The translations under genes were made by a program, and so were the position numbers. A stretch of 64,000 nt of DNA, taken from Mobula hypostoma. Lineage: Eukaryota. Under the pieces are notes generated by a model. That model had not been told where the DNA came from. It ran no database searches and saw only the letters and a list, made by a program, of their open reading frames with translations. Every line of letters begins with the position of its first letter. The first letter of the stretch is position 1. This document shows, in pieces, positions 51,060 to 63,779 of the stretch. The stretch is from positions 204,354,001-204,418,000 of the forward strand of contig NC_086100.1 of the NCBI RefSeq assembly GCF_963921235.1. Reading direction: 5' to 3'.

Positions 51060-52040
51060 TTAGCATGTCCGGAGTGGTGGATCACACAGCTCTGAAACAG
51101 GCCTTTGGCCGGCCATACCTGTACTGACCATCCGTTCACTGTCTACAGTGGTCCCATTTATCAGCACTTGGTTCATAGCCGACTGTATCTGGGCAGTTTC
51201 AATGCTCATCCACTTTGTAAATGTTGTGAAGGGACCTGCCTTCACCACCACTTCAGGCAGTGTTTTCCAAATTTCAACTGCCCTCTGAGTGAAAAATCTC
51301 TTCCTCAGATCCCTCTAAACCTCTTTGCCCCCTGCTTAAGTCTATGACTTCTGATGTGTGATACCTCTGTCCCAGGATCGTGGCCTATATGTGCATTAGT
51401 GAAGCCTTTGATAAAGTGCAAAATGATAAGATTCTGTGGAAAACTAGATCACATGGGATCCAGCGAGAGCTGGCTAACTGGATGCACAGTTGTCTTCATG
51501 GTAGGAAGCAGAGAGTGATGTTCCCTAGGGATACATCCATTGCTACTTGTCATCTATATCAATAACTTGGTTGAGAATGTACAGGGGATGAGTAGCAACT
51601 TTGCAGTAAGCAAGTTCGAACAATTACTTTCATTCAAAGATAAGTATAAACACTCCCCTCTGTTTCCCTCTCCCACTTGACCTCTTCCTACCCCTACGGT
51701 TTGTTCCTCTCCCATACCTTCCGCCTTTCCAGCTGCCTTCCCTCTGCACACAGTCTTCCCCCTGAATGCTCAGAGGTCATAGGTTAAGAGTGAGAGGTGA
51801 ACTGCTTTAGGGGAACCTGAAAGGTGAGCCCCTTCTCTCAGAGGTTAGTGAGGGTGTGGAAGGAGCTGCCATTGGAACTGGTAGATGCAGGTTTAATTTC
51901 AACAATTAATAGAAATTCTGATCAGTACAGAATGGGAGGTGGACGGAAGGCTATGATGCAGACAGTTGGGACGAGGCATAGAAATCAGTTTGGCATGGAC
52001 TAGATAGCTGAAGGGCCTGTTTCTCTGTTTTTGTTGTCTG
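51060..52040. mobile_element. Old CR1 fragments in both orientations
   Basis: AFDKV...HGIQ.ELANW and 3'-end GAAGGGCCTGT motifs. Confidence 0.6.
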
Positions 52041-52100
52041 TTGCTCTAATAATATCCCGATTTGTAATTTTCACAGTCAGTGCTTTGCTGTGTATCCTCC

Positions 52101-52772
52101 TGTTAAGTCTCAGGCTTGTTCAACTCACTTTTGGCCAGGGGAGCAGCCTTCAGCCCTGCCAAACTGGGTAATCAAGTTTGTGTGGATGCTGAGTGATGTA
52201 CCCCACCCCGCCAAATAACAGACAATACACCATATGCGATTAAATGATTACACTTTATAGAACTTACTGGAACAATGTAATTAATAGAGATAAAATATAA
52301 AAGGAAAGTAAAAGGTGCCAAACTTATCAAAGTTCAACCACTTCATGCACAACCATTGGAGTTCAAGTAACAGAGTTTTCTTTCCACCATTCGGTCCCTC
52401 TGACCATGGTGGTCGACCAGACACTCCACCCGAGTCTGTCTTCATCTCCTCTCCTCGCCGAAGACCCTGGGCCTCGGACTCCCACTGGGAGTCCGACCCG
52501 TCGGCCAGCTTACAGCATCGCGTCTCCTCTCTCGTCCCCATTGTGCCTTCTCCCCAAAAACCCGCGAAACAATAGCTTACAGACACACAAGAAAGAATAA
52601 CATCTATCCTAATTGGTTCGTTCACTCTCTTATCAATAATATAACCCAAACAAGCAGAGAGAGAACTCCTTACATTGCAGTTATTATTACAGAAAAGCCA
52701 TTTTGATTATAACATAACAAAGAAGCTATTTTATTAGCCTTTGCAGTAACATAAAAGAAAAAACTCCTTACA
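52101..52772 (-). repeat. Gypsy-type 3' LTR (left boundary approximate)
   Basis: Minus strand TGTAAGG starts directly after PPT GGTGGGGGAAGAG (52785-52773); candidate TTAACA end at 52101. Confidence 0.7.
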
Positions 52773-52785
52773 CTCTTCCCCCACC

Positions 52786-53745
52786 AAATAAAGTCATGTC
52801 CTCATGACTTCTAAATAACACGCCAACCCTTCCTGCAGACACAAAAACCCCAATCCAGGTACAAACAGTCACATGGCTCCCCAAACAGTAGACCTTAGGT
52901 CCTGATCCACCGGCACTACGTAGGCCAACCTATCTGGGAGTTTCCTAATCCTCCGAGATCTCCGTACCCCCTCACCTAAACCCTTAAGGCTCAGACACTA
53001 CTGGAGATACCTTGGGTCTGCTTGCAAACTCCTCTCTCAATCTCTCACTCATGCTCCCACTGCAACTCGAAGTTCCCTGTCCCGTGTCCAGGGCCCCGCT
53101 TCTTTTCCTTCCTGATCCTGCTGTAATCGAGGCTGCCCACAGCTAGCCCTCCCCACTACCCCTGACTCAGTGGAAGAGGGCCAAAAGTCTTTTCCTCAAT
53201 CAAGGGGGAAGTTAGCGAAAGGCAGCATGTACCACACATCCAGCACATCATCCTTCAAATCCGTATTCTTCCTCATTCCCTCAATCAGTAGCTGCTGTTT
53301 GATTTTCTCCAAACTGAAGCACTTAGCCCGGGCTGCCTCTGCAGCCCCTTCAGCATCCTGCAGTCGAGATGTCAGCTTCTTCACTGACTCCTCCAATTCT
53401 CGCCCCAGTCTCAGCAGTCCTGCCCCACGCTTCATGTCCATCTCCACCCGGGACGCAATTACACCACCGGCTTCTTCCAATCTGTTCTGGGTCAATTTCT
53501 GCAGATCCTTTCGAAGGTTGGTCATTGTTTCGTCTCTCTGGATTAATTCATCAGTACATGACCGCAGTTTCGGCTCAGAATTCCATTTCTCCTTGTCCAC
53601 TTTGACGAGCGTGAACTCCAAGTCTTCAATGGTTGTCCTGAGCTCCGGCACTCGCCTCACATCATGGTCCCCCAAGGTGAATCCAAACCCTGGACGACCA
53701 TCCACATACGCCAAAACTCCACTGTGGGATGGCCACAGATAGGAA
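52786..53745 (-). mobile_element. Gypsy internal 3' region: pol/integrase tail fused to captured myosin heavy-chain rod fragments
   Basis: VRRSRRIRKLPDRL tail near 52925-52970; ORF 53196-53714 with myosin II rod motifs. Confidence 0.7.
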
Positions 53746-54999
53746 AAAACAGAGATTGAATAGACCTGCGAGTTAATCTCAACACATAGAGGTAGTGAGC
53801 ACCTGGAATGAGCTGTTCAGTGTTTGCATTGTTGGTTATCTACCTCGGGTTCAGTATTCTCACCGTGTTTGGAAATTCCCTCTCACTGCCGTCTGTCTGT
53901 GAGCAGCTGGAAATTAAAGAAACACTCAAGATGCTGGAGACCTGAAATCAGATCAGAAATTGTTTGAAGCTATTCCGACACAGGGTGTTGGAGCTGAAAC
54001 ATTAACTTTGTTCCTCTCCAGAGATATTCTTTATCTGTTGAGTGCTTCTTGTATTTGCAGTTTTTTGGAACATTTCTTTGGAATGATTTAAGTCTCCTGG
54101 GAAATGGACTTGTGTAGGACACACAATGTAATTCATTCTCTTACAGCACAGAAACAGGACTTTTGGCCCATCTAGTCTGTGCCATTTTCTGCCTGGAACC
54201 ATCCACGTGCACCCAGACTAGAGATGTCAATACCTCCCTCATGCATGTACCCATACAAACTTCTCTTCAAAGCTGCAATTGAACCTGCATCACCTCCTGA
54301 GTGAAGTAAAAATCACAGCGAACAGGGTTGTCAGAACAGATCGGTTGAGAACACTTCCAGAGAGAATACACTCACTCTACCACCACCCTCTGCCTTCTCT
54401 GTCAGGTCATTTCGGTGTCCACAAAGCCAAGTTCCCCTGGATCTATGTTTCCTGACACCATGACCTGGCCTAATTTGGGGAACGTTATCAAAATTCTTAC
54501 TCAAATCCAGTTGGTGCTTCTGAATGAATTTCAATAAATACTCCCGAATACCTGAAGTGAAGTGAACAGAGAAGAGATAAGCACAGAATATGTGAAAAAG
54601 ACCGAAAAAATGAAGTTCCATTGGGACAAAGAAATTGAAATTCCTGTGTGTGTGTGTATCTGTGTGTGTGTTATCCTGTGAACGTCTGTAATTTTGTGAG
54701 GGAGAAATGAACAGGAAAATAGATGGAAGATAGAAATATAGATTATGGAGAGAAGCGCAGACAGACAGAGATATTTCCCCATCGCAGGAAAACTTATTGC
54801 TGTAATATGAGAGAATTAAAGAGGTCGGTGTGGACAGAAACGCCGGCGTGGACATCGTAGACCTCACTTTACACATCGATGCTGTGAAACTCCATAGACA
54901 AGGTGAAGCTAACTGCTCGCTTGCATGAGCAGAATATGTTGATTGCGGAGTGTCATTGGTAGGTAAGGACAAGAGGAACTCTTATCGCTATTGCTCCAC

Positions 55000-55255
55000 T
55001 GTCCGCTCTTACCAGATTGCTTTCTCTCCAGCCCCTTACCTTTCATACACACCTGGCTTCATCTATCACTTTTTCCCTCCCCACGACATATTTTTCTGGC
55101 GTCTTCTCCCTAACCCTCCAGAACTGATGAAAGATCTCGGCCGAATTCGTCGACTATTGATTCATTTCATAAATGCTGCTCCACCTGCTGAGTTCCTCCA
55201 GCATCTTGTGTGTGTTGCTTTGGATTTTCATCATCTGCAGAAATCCACATGTTTA
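55000..55255 (+). repeat. Penelope-like terminal repeat with degenerate hammerhead (55121-55154)
   Basis: CTGATGA-AAGATCTCGGCC-GAATTCGTC-GAC then ATGCTGC..ACCTGCTGAGTTCCTCCAGCAT. Confidence 0.6.
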
Positions 55256-55319
55256 AGATATGGAAATGTATATAGTTTTGAAAATTTGAAATGGATGAAG
55301 ATGCACGGACGAGTGAATC

Positions 55320-55512
55320 CATAAGACCATCAGATATATGAGCAGAAGTAGGACATTCGTCCCATCGAGTCTGCTCTGCCATTCAATCATGGGCTGATCC
55401 AATTCTTCCAGTCATCTCCACGCTTCTGCTTTCACCACATACCCTTTGATGCCCTGGCTAATCAAGAACCTATCTATCTCTGTTTAAAATACACCCAATG
55501 ACTTGGCCTCCA
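55320..55512 (-). mobile_element. CR1 3' end (A-like family)
   Basis: Similar to 9510-9700. Confidence 0.75.
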
Positions 55513-58500
55513 CACTACCAAGTACCCTGCCATTTACTTTGTACTCTGCCTTGGAGTCTGTCCTTCCAAAGTGTACCACCTCACACTTCCCCGGGTTGAA
55601 CTCCATCTGCCACTTCTCAGCTCACTTCTGCGTCCTATCAATGTCGCTCTGCAATCTTTGACAATCCTCTACTCTATCTACAACACCACCAACCTTTGTG
55701 TCGTCTGCCAACTTGCCAACCCACCCTTCTACCCCCACATCCAGGTCGTTAATAAAAATCACGAAAAGTAGAGGTCCCAGAACAGATCCTTGTGGGACAT
55801 CACTAGTCACAATCCTCCAATCTGAATGTACTCCCTCCACCACCACCCTCTGCCTTCTGCAGGCAAGCCAATTCTGAATCCACCTGGCCAAACTTCCCTG
55901 GATCCTATGCCTTGACTTTCTGAATAAACCTACCGTGTGGAACCTTGTCAAATGCCTTACTAAAATCCATATAGATCACATCCACTGCACTACCCTCATC
56001 TATATGCCTGGTCACCTCCTCAAAGAACTCTATCAGGCTTGTTAGACATGATCTGCCCTTCACAAAGCCATGGTGACTGTCTCTGATCAGACCATAATCC
56101 TCTAAATGCCCATAGATCCTATCTCTAAGAATCTTTTCCAACAGCTTTCCCACCACAGACGTAAGTCTCACTGGTCTATAATTACCCGGACTATCCCTAC
56201 TACCTTTTTTGAACAAGGGGACAACATTCGCCTCCCTCCAATCCCCTGGTACAATTCCCGTAGACAACGAGGACATCAAGATCTTGGCCAGAGGCTCAGC
56301 AATCTCTTCCCTTGCCTCGTAGAGCAGCCTGGGGAATATTCTGTCAGGCCCTGGGACTTATCTGTCCTAATGTATTTTAACAACTCCAACACCTCCTCTC
56401 CCTTAATATCAACATGCTCCAGAACGTCAAACTCACTCATATTATCCTCACCATCATCAAGTTCCCTCTCATTGGTGAATACCGAGGAGAAGTATTCATT
56501 GAGGACCTCACTCACTTCCACAGCCTCCAGGCACATCTTCCCACATTTATCTCTAATCGGTCCTACCTTCACTCCTGTCATCCCTTTTTTTCTTCACATA
56601 ATTGAAGAATGCCTTGGGGTTTTCCTTCACCGTACTCACCAAGGCCTTCTCATGCCCCCTTCTTGCTCCTCTCAGCACCTTCTTAACCTCCTTTCTTGCT
56701 TCCCTATATTCCTCAATAGTCCCATGTGATCCTTGCTTCCTAAACCTCATGTATGCTGCCTTCTTCCACCTGACTAGATTTTCCACCTCACTTGTCACCC
56801 ATAGTTCCTTCACCCTACCATTCTTTATCTTCCTCACCAGGACAAATTTATCCCTAACATCCCGCAAGAGATCTCTAAACATCTACCAGATGTCCATAGT
56901 ACATTTCCCTGCAAAAACATCATCCCAATTCACACCCGCAAGTTCTGGCCTTATAGCCTCATAATTTGCCCTTCCCCAATTAAAAATTTTCCTGTCCTCT
57001 CTGATTTTATCCTTTTCCATGATAATTCTAAAGGCCAGGGAGCGGTGGTCACTGTCCCCCAGATGCTCACCCACTGAGAGATCTGTGACCTGACCTGGTT
57101 CATTACCTAGTACAAGATCTAGTATGGCATTCCCCCTAATCTGCCTGTCCACATGCTGTGACAGGAATCCATCCCGGACATACTTAACAAACTCTGCCCC
57201 ATCTAAACCCTTGGAACTAATTAGGTGCCAATCAATAGTAGGGAAGTTAAAGTCACCCATGATAACAACCCTGTTATTTTTGCACCTTTCCAAAATCTGC
57301 CTTCCAATCTGCTCCTCTGTATCTCTGCTGCTACCAGGGGGCCTATAGAATACCCCCAATAGAGTAACTGCTCCCTTCCTGTTCCTGACTTCCATCCATA
57401 CTGACTCAAAAGAGGATCCTGCTCCATTACCCACCCTTTCTATAGCTGTAATAGTATCCCTGACCAGTAATGCCACCCCTCCTCCCCTTTTACCGCCCTC
57501 TCTATCCCTTTTAAAGCACTGAAATCCAGGAATATTGAGAATCCATTCCTGCCCTGCTGCCAGCCAAATCTCTGTAATGGCCACTACATCATAATTCCAT
57601 GTAAGCTCTCAATTCATCACCTTTGTTCCTGATGCTTCTTGCATTGAGGTACACACACTTCAGGCCTTCTACCTTACTACCTTTACACTGTTTATTCTGC
57701 TTCTCTTTCCTCAAAGCCTCTTTACATGTTAGATCTGGCTTTACTCCATGCACTTCTTTCACTGCTCTATTGCTCCGGGTCCCATCCCCTTTACAAATTA
57801 GTTTAAACCCTCCCGAACCATACTAGCAAGCCTCCCTGCAAGGATTGTGCTCCCCGTCGAGTTCAGGTGCAACCCTTCCAATCTGTACAGATCCCACTTT
57901 CCCCAAAAGAGATCCCAATGATCCAAACATCTAAAACCCTGCTCCCTGCACCAACTCCTCAGCCACGTATTCAACTGCCATCTCCTCCAATTCTTACCAT
58001 CACTGTCACGTAGCACTGGCAGCAACCCTGAGAACGCCACACTTGAGGTCCTGTTCTTCAGCCTTCTGCATAGTTCTGGAAACTCACATTTCAGGACCTC
58101 ATCCCTCTTCCTGCCTATGTCGTTGGTACCAACATGTATCACGACTTCTGGTTGCTTCCCCTCTCCTACCAGGATGTCGTGCACCTGGTCAGACACATCC
58201 CGGACCCTGGTACCCGGGAGGCAACAAACCATGCGGGTGTCCTTCTCATGTCCACAAAATCTCCTGTCTGCTCCCCTGACTGTAGAGTCTCCAATGACGA
58301 CAGCTCTCCTCTTCTCCGTCTCACCCTTCTGCACCACCGGGTCAGACTCAGTGCCGGAGTCCCTGCCACCGTGGCTCACACCTGGTCGGTCGACCACGCC
58401 AACAGTATCCAAGACGGTAAACTTATTATTCAGGGGAATGGCTACAGGGGTGCTCTGCACTACCTGTCTGCTCACCTTCGCTTTCCCCCCTCTGACTGTC

Positions 58501-58665
58501 ACCCAACGACCTGCTTCCAACAGCCTCGGTATGACCACCTCCCTGCAGCTTTCATCTATGACTGCCTCAGTCTCCCTTATGAGTCGAAGGTCATCCAGCT
58601 GCTGCTCTAGATTCCGTACATGGTCTTCCAGACCGCCGAGCCGTATGCACTTCTGGCAGATGTGA
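55513..58665 (-). mobile_element. CR1 family B: ORF1 (esterase), EN and RT, truncated at both ends
   Basis: ORF 57798-58538 with VIGDS, HVGTND, GLHL; ORFs 56883-57584 through 55622-55951. Confidence 0.92.
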
Positions 58666-59615
58666 TCTAGATGATGGGGTGTTAAATTGGATTAGTAAGT
58701 ATGCAGATGATATTAAGATAGGTGGAGATGTGGATAATGAAGCAGGTTTTCAAAGCTTGCAGAGAGATTTAGACCACTTCGAAGAGTGGGCTGAAAGATA
58801 GCAGACTGAGTTTAATGCTGATAAATGTGAGGTGCTACATTTTGGTAGGACTAATCAAAATAGGACATAGATGGTAAATGGTAGGGCATTGAAGAATGCA
58901 GTAAAACAGAGGGATCTCGTAATAATGGTGCGTAGTTCCCTGAAGGTGGAATCGCATGTGGATAGGGTGGTGAAGAAAGCATTTGGTATGCTGGCCTTTA
59001 TAAATCAGAGCATTGAGTATAGGAGTTGGGATGTAATGTTGAAATTGTACAAGGCATTGGTAAGGCCGAATTTGGAGTATTGTGTACAGTTCTGGTAACC
59101 GAAATAAAGGAAAGATGTCAACAAAATTGAGAGAGTACAGAGGAGATTTACTAGAATGTTGCCTGGATTTCATCTCCTAAGTTACAGAGAAAGGTTGAAC
59201 AAGTTAGGTCTTTATTCTTTGGAGCGAAGAAGGTTGAGGGGGGACTTGATAGAGGTGTTTAAAATTATGAGGGGGATAGATAGAGTTGACGTGGATAGGC
59301 TTTTTCCATTGAGAGTGGGGGAGATTCAAACAAGAGGGCATGAGTGTGAGAGTTAAAGGGCAAAACTTTAGGGGTAATATGAGTGGGATCTTCCTTACTC
59401 AGAGAGTGGTAACTGTATGGAACGAGCTTCCAGAAGAAGTGGTTGAGGCAGGTTTGGTGTTTTCATTTAAAGTTAAAATGGATAGAGATATGGAGAGGAA
59501 AGGAATGGAGCATTATGGGCTGAGTGCAGGTCGGTGGGACGAGGTGGGAGTAAGAGTTCGGCACAGACGAGAAGGGCTGAGATGGCCTGTTTCCATGCTG
59601 TAATTGTTATATGGT
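58666..59615 (+). mobile_element. CR1 family C 3' half
   Basis: Near-copy of 27080-28045. Confidence 0.88.
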
Positions 59616-59821
59616 CTCAGGTATTCCATAATCTCATCCTTCACAAGCGATTCCAACAACTGCCCAACCACTGATGCTGGGCTTACAGGACTGTAGTTTC
59701 CTTTCTTCTGCCTCCCTCCCTTCTTAAATTGTGGATAACAGTTGCAGTTTACCAGTCATGCGGTACAATGCCAGACTCTGTCGATTCTTGTAAGATCATC
59801 ATTAATGCCTTCACAATTGCC

Positions 59822-61900
59822 TTCAAAATGCCTTCAAAAAAGAATAAATCAAGGAAGGTAGTGCACCCGTGGCTGACAAGAGAAATTAGGGATAGTATCA
59901 ATTCCAAAGAAGAAGCATACAAATTAGCCAGAGAAAGTGGCTCACCTGAGGACTGGGAGAAATTCAGAGTTCAGCAGACGAGGACAAAGGGCTTAATTAG
60001 GAAGAGGAAAAAAGATTATGAGAGAAAACTGGCAGGGAACATAAAAACGGACTGTAAAAGCTTTTATAGATATGTAAAAAGGAAAAGACTGGTAAAGACA
60101 AATGTAGGTCCCCTGCAGACAGAAACAGGTGAATTGATTATGGGGAGCAAGGACATGGCAGACCAATTGAATAATTACTTTGGTTCTGTCTTCACTAAGG
60201 AGGACATAAATAATCTTCCAGAAATAGTAGGAGACAGAGGGTCCAGTGAGATGGAGAAACTGAGCGAAATACATGTTAGTAGGGAAGTGGTGTTAGGTAA
60301 ATTGAAGGGATTGAAGGCAGATAAATCCCCAGGGCCAGATGGTCTGCATCCTAGAGTGCTTAAGGAAGTAGCCCAAGAAATAGTGGATGCATTAGTGATA
60401 ATTTTTCAAAACTTGTTAGATTCTGGACTAGTTCCTGAGGATTGGAGGGTGGCTAATGTAACCCCACTTTTTAAAAAAGGAGGGAGAGAGAAACCGGGGA
60501 ATTATAGACCGGTTAGCCTAATGTCGGTTGTGGGGAAACTACTGGAGTCAGTTGTGTGATAACAGCACATTTGGAAAGCGGTGAAATCGGACAAAGTCAG
60601 CATGGATTTGTGAAAGGAAAATCATGTCTGACGAAGCTCATAGAATTTTTTGAGGATGTAACTAGTAGAGTGGATAGGGGAGAACCAGTGGATGTGGTAT
60701 ATTTGGATTTTCAAAAGGCTTTTGACAAGGTCCCACACAGGAGATTAGTGTGCAAACTTAAAGCACATGGTATTGGGGGTAAGGTATTGGTGTGGGTGGA
60801 GAATTGGTTAGCAGACAGGAAGCAAAGAGTGGGAATAAACGGGACCTTTTCAGAATGGCAGGCGGTGACTAGTGGGGTACCGCAAGGCTCAGTGCTGGGA
60901 CCCCAGTTGTTTACAATATATATTAATAACTTGGATGAGGGAATTGAATGCAGCATCTCCAAGTTTGCGGATGACACGAAGCTGGGTGGCAGTGTTAGCT
61001 GTGAGGAGGATGGTAAGAGGATGCAGGGTGACTTGGATAGGTTGGGTGAGTGGGCAAATTCATGGCAGATGCAATTTAATGTGGATAAATGTGAAGTTAT
61101 CCACTTTGGTGGCAAAAATAGGAAAACAGATTATTATCTGAATGGTGGCCGATTAGGAAAAGGGGAGGTGCAACGAGACCTGGGTGTCATTATACACCAG
61201 TCATTGAAAGTGGGCATGCAGGTACAGCAGGCGGTGAAAAAGGCGAATGGTATGCTGGCATTTATAGCGAGAGGATTCGAGTACAGGAGCAGGGAGGTAC
61301 TACTGAAGTTGTACAAGGCCTTGGTGAGACCACACCTGGAGTATTGTGTGCAGTTTTGGTCCCCTAATCTGAGGAAAGACATCCTTGCCATAGAGGGAGT
61401 ACAAAGAAGGTTCACCAGATTGATTCCTGGGATGGCAGGACTTTCATATGAAGAAAGACTGGATGAACTGGGCTTGTACTCATTGGAATTTAGAAGATTG
61501 AGGGGGGATCTGATTGAAATGTATAAAATCCTAAAGGGATTGGACAGGCTAGATGCAGGAAGATTGTTCCCGATGTTGGGGAAGTCCAGAACAAGGGGTA
61601 ACAGTTTGAGGATAAAGGGGAAGCCTTTTAGGACCGAGATTAGGAAAAACTTCTTCACACAGAGAGTGGTGAATCTGTGGAAGTCTCTGCCACAGGAAAC
61701 AGTTGAGGCCAGTTCATTGGCTATATTTAAGAGGGAGTTAGATATGGCCCTTGTGGCTACGGGGGTCAGGGGGTATGGAGGGAAGGCTGGGGTGGGGTTC
61801 TGAGTTGGATGATCAGCCATGATCATAATAAATGGCGGTGCAGGCTCGAAGGGCCGAATGCCCTACTCCTGCACCTATTTTCTATGTTTCTATGTTTCTA
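59822..61900 (+). mobile_element. Young CR1 family D; RT intact apart from a short deletion near 60555
   Basis: ORFs 59729-60559 and 60556-61803 ([31 protein letters not shown]); (TTTCTATG)n tail. Confidence 0.92.
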
Positions 61901-63680
61901 ATTCTTCCAGTTACTTCCTTCAGAACTCGAGGGTACATTCCATCAGGATCAGGAGATTTATCCACACTCAGACCATTAAGCTTCCTGAGCACCTTCTTAG
62001 TCATAATTTTCACTGCACAGACTTCACTTCCCTGACACTCTTGAATATCCGATATACTGCAGACGAATTCCCCTGTGAAGACTGATGCAAACTGCTCATT
62101 CAGTTCCAGTGCCATCTCTGCATCTCTCATTACAATACCTCCAGCGTTATTTTGTATTGGTCCTATATCTGCACTTGACTCTCTTTTACCCTTTATATAC
62201 TTAAAGAAGCTTTTGGTATCTTCTTTGATATTAGTGGCTGCTTCCTCTCAAAATTTATCTTTTCCTTCTGAATGACCTTCCTAGATTTCTTTTGCAAGTT
62301 TTTTAAAAGCTGTCTAATCCTCTATCTTACCGCTAGCTCTGGCTTCCTAGAACTTTTGCTTTTACTTTGGCTCTGACTTCTCATGTCAGCCACGGTAGTG
62401 TCCTTCTTCCCCTTGAAAACTCCTTCTTATTTGGAAAAACAAATCTGTCTTGCACTACTCTCATTTTTCGCAAAAACTCCAGTCATTGTTGCAGTGTCCT
62501 TCCTGCAAATGTCCCTTTCCAGTCATCTTTGGCCAGTTTCCCTCTCATGCCATTGTAATTTCCTTTATTCCACTGAAATACCGACACATTGGATTTTATT
62601 TTTCTCTCTCAAATTTCAATGTGAACTCAGTCATAGTTTGATCACTGTTCACTACGGGTTCCTTAACTTTAAGCTCCCTTATCACCTCTGCATCATTGCA
62701 CAACACCTAAATCAGCACAGCCGATCTCCTAGTGGGCTCAACAATGAGCTGTTCGAAAAAGCCATCCTTTGGCCATTCTACAAATTCTGTCTCTTGAGGT
62801 CGAGTAGTAACCTGATTTTCCCAATCCACTCTCATGTTAAGTCCCCAACAATTTTTACACGCCTTTTCTATCTCTTGCTAAATTTGCAATCCACATCCCG
62901 GCTGCTGTTTGTAGGCCTGTATACAACTGTCATTCGGGTCATTTTACACTTGCCATTTCTTAATTCAACCTATAGAGACTCTACTCCTTCCAATCCTATG
63001 TCATCTCTTTCCAACAATTTAATATTATTTCTTGTACACAGGGCCACTCCACTTCATTTGCCTACTAACCTATCTTTCTGATACACCGTATATCCTTGGA
63101 CGTTCAGCTCCCAATGGCAGCCATCCTTTAGCCAAGTTTCAGAGATGGCCACAGCTTCATATTTGCCAATCTGTAGCTGAATTTCAAGATCATCTATTTT
63201 ATTCCTTATGCTGGGTGCATTCAAATACAACACTCTCAGTCCAGTATTTGTTGCATTCTGTTTTAATTGCATCACGACTCTATTGCCCTGTAACTCATGC
63301 CACTGGCTTTGATTAAACTTTGTCTCCTGCTTGTTCTTTCTGTGATCTCTGTTGCATGCTATCTTTGATTGATTTCTGTTTTCCCCTTCCTCAGCCCAAT
63401 CACTCTGGTTCCCATCCCCGTGCCAAATTCGTTTAAACCTTCACTAACAGCTTTATTAAATGTGCCTGCGAGGATATGGGACACGTTTGGGTTCAGGTAT
63501 AACCCGTCCTTTTTGTACCGGTCATACCTCCCCTTGAAGAGGCCCCGATAATCCAGGAATCTGAACCCCCGCCCCCTACACAAGTCTCTCAGCCACACAT
63601 TAATACGGCTGATCATGCTATTCCTTCATCACTAGCACGTGGCGCAGGCAGCAATCCTGAGATTACTACCCCAGAGGTCC
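61901..63680 (-). mobile_element. Degraded CR1 (ORF1 end, EN, linker)
   Basis: NVWLRD.CRGRGFRFLD, LYLNAPSIRNK, KSPDPDG. Confidence 0.82.
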
Positions 63681-63779
63681 ACAGGGGTCTGTGTTGGCAA
63701 CATTTCTGTTTACGTTCTATGTCAGTGCATCGGATGACAGTATCGATGGCCCTGTGGCCAAATTTACGCCATGAAGTGG

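Noticed and set aside
53196..53714. Genuine myosin heavy-chain gene exon
   Set aside because: Non-adjacent rod segments fused without introns, with no other myosin exons nearby, inside an LTR element
54331..54972. 213-aa ORF as a host gene
   Set aside because: Runs across a (CA)n tract and a CR1 remnant; no recognisable domain
60556..61803. Domesticated or bacterial-type reverse transcriptase gene
   Set aside because: Ordinary young CR1 ORF2 with 3' tail, 5' truncation and a frameshifting deletion
61134..61826. Long antisense ORFs over CR1s (also 6244-6939, 58117-58665)
   Set aside because: Shadow frames of LINE coding strands with no independent motifs
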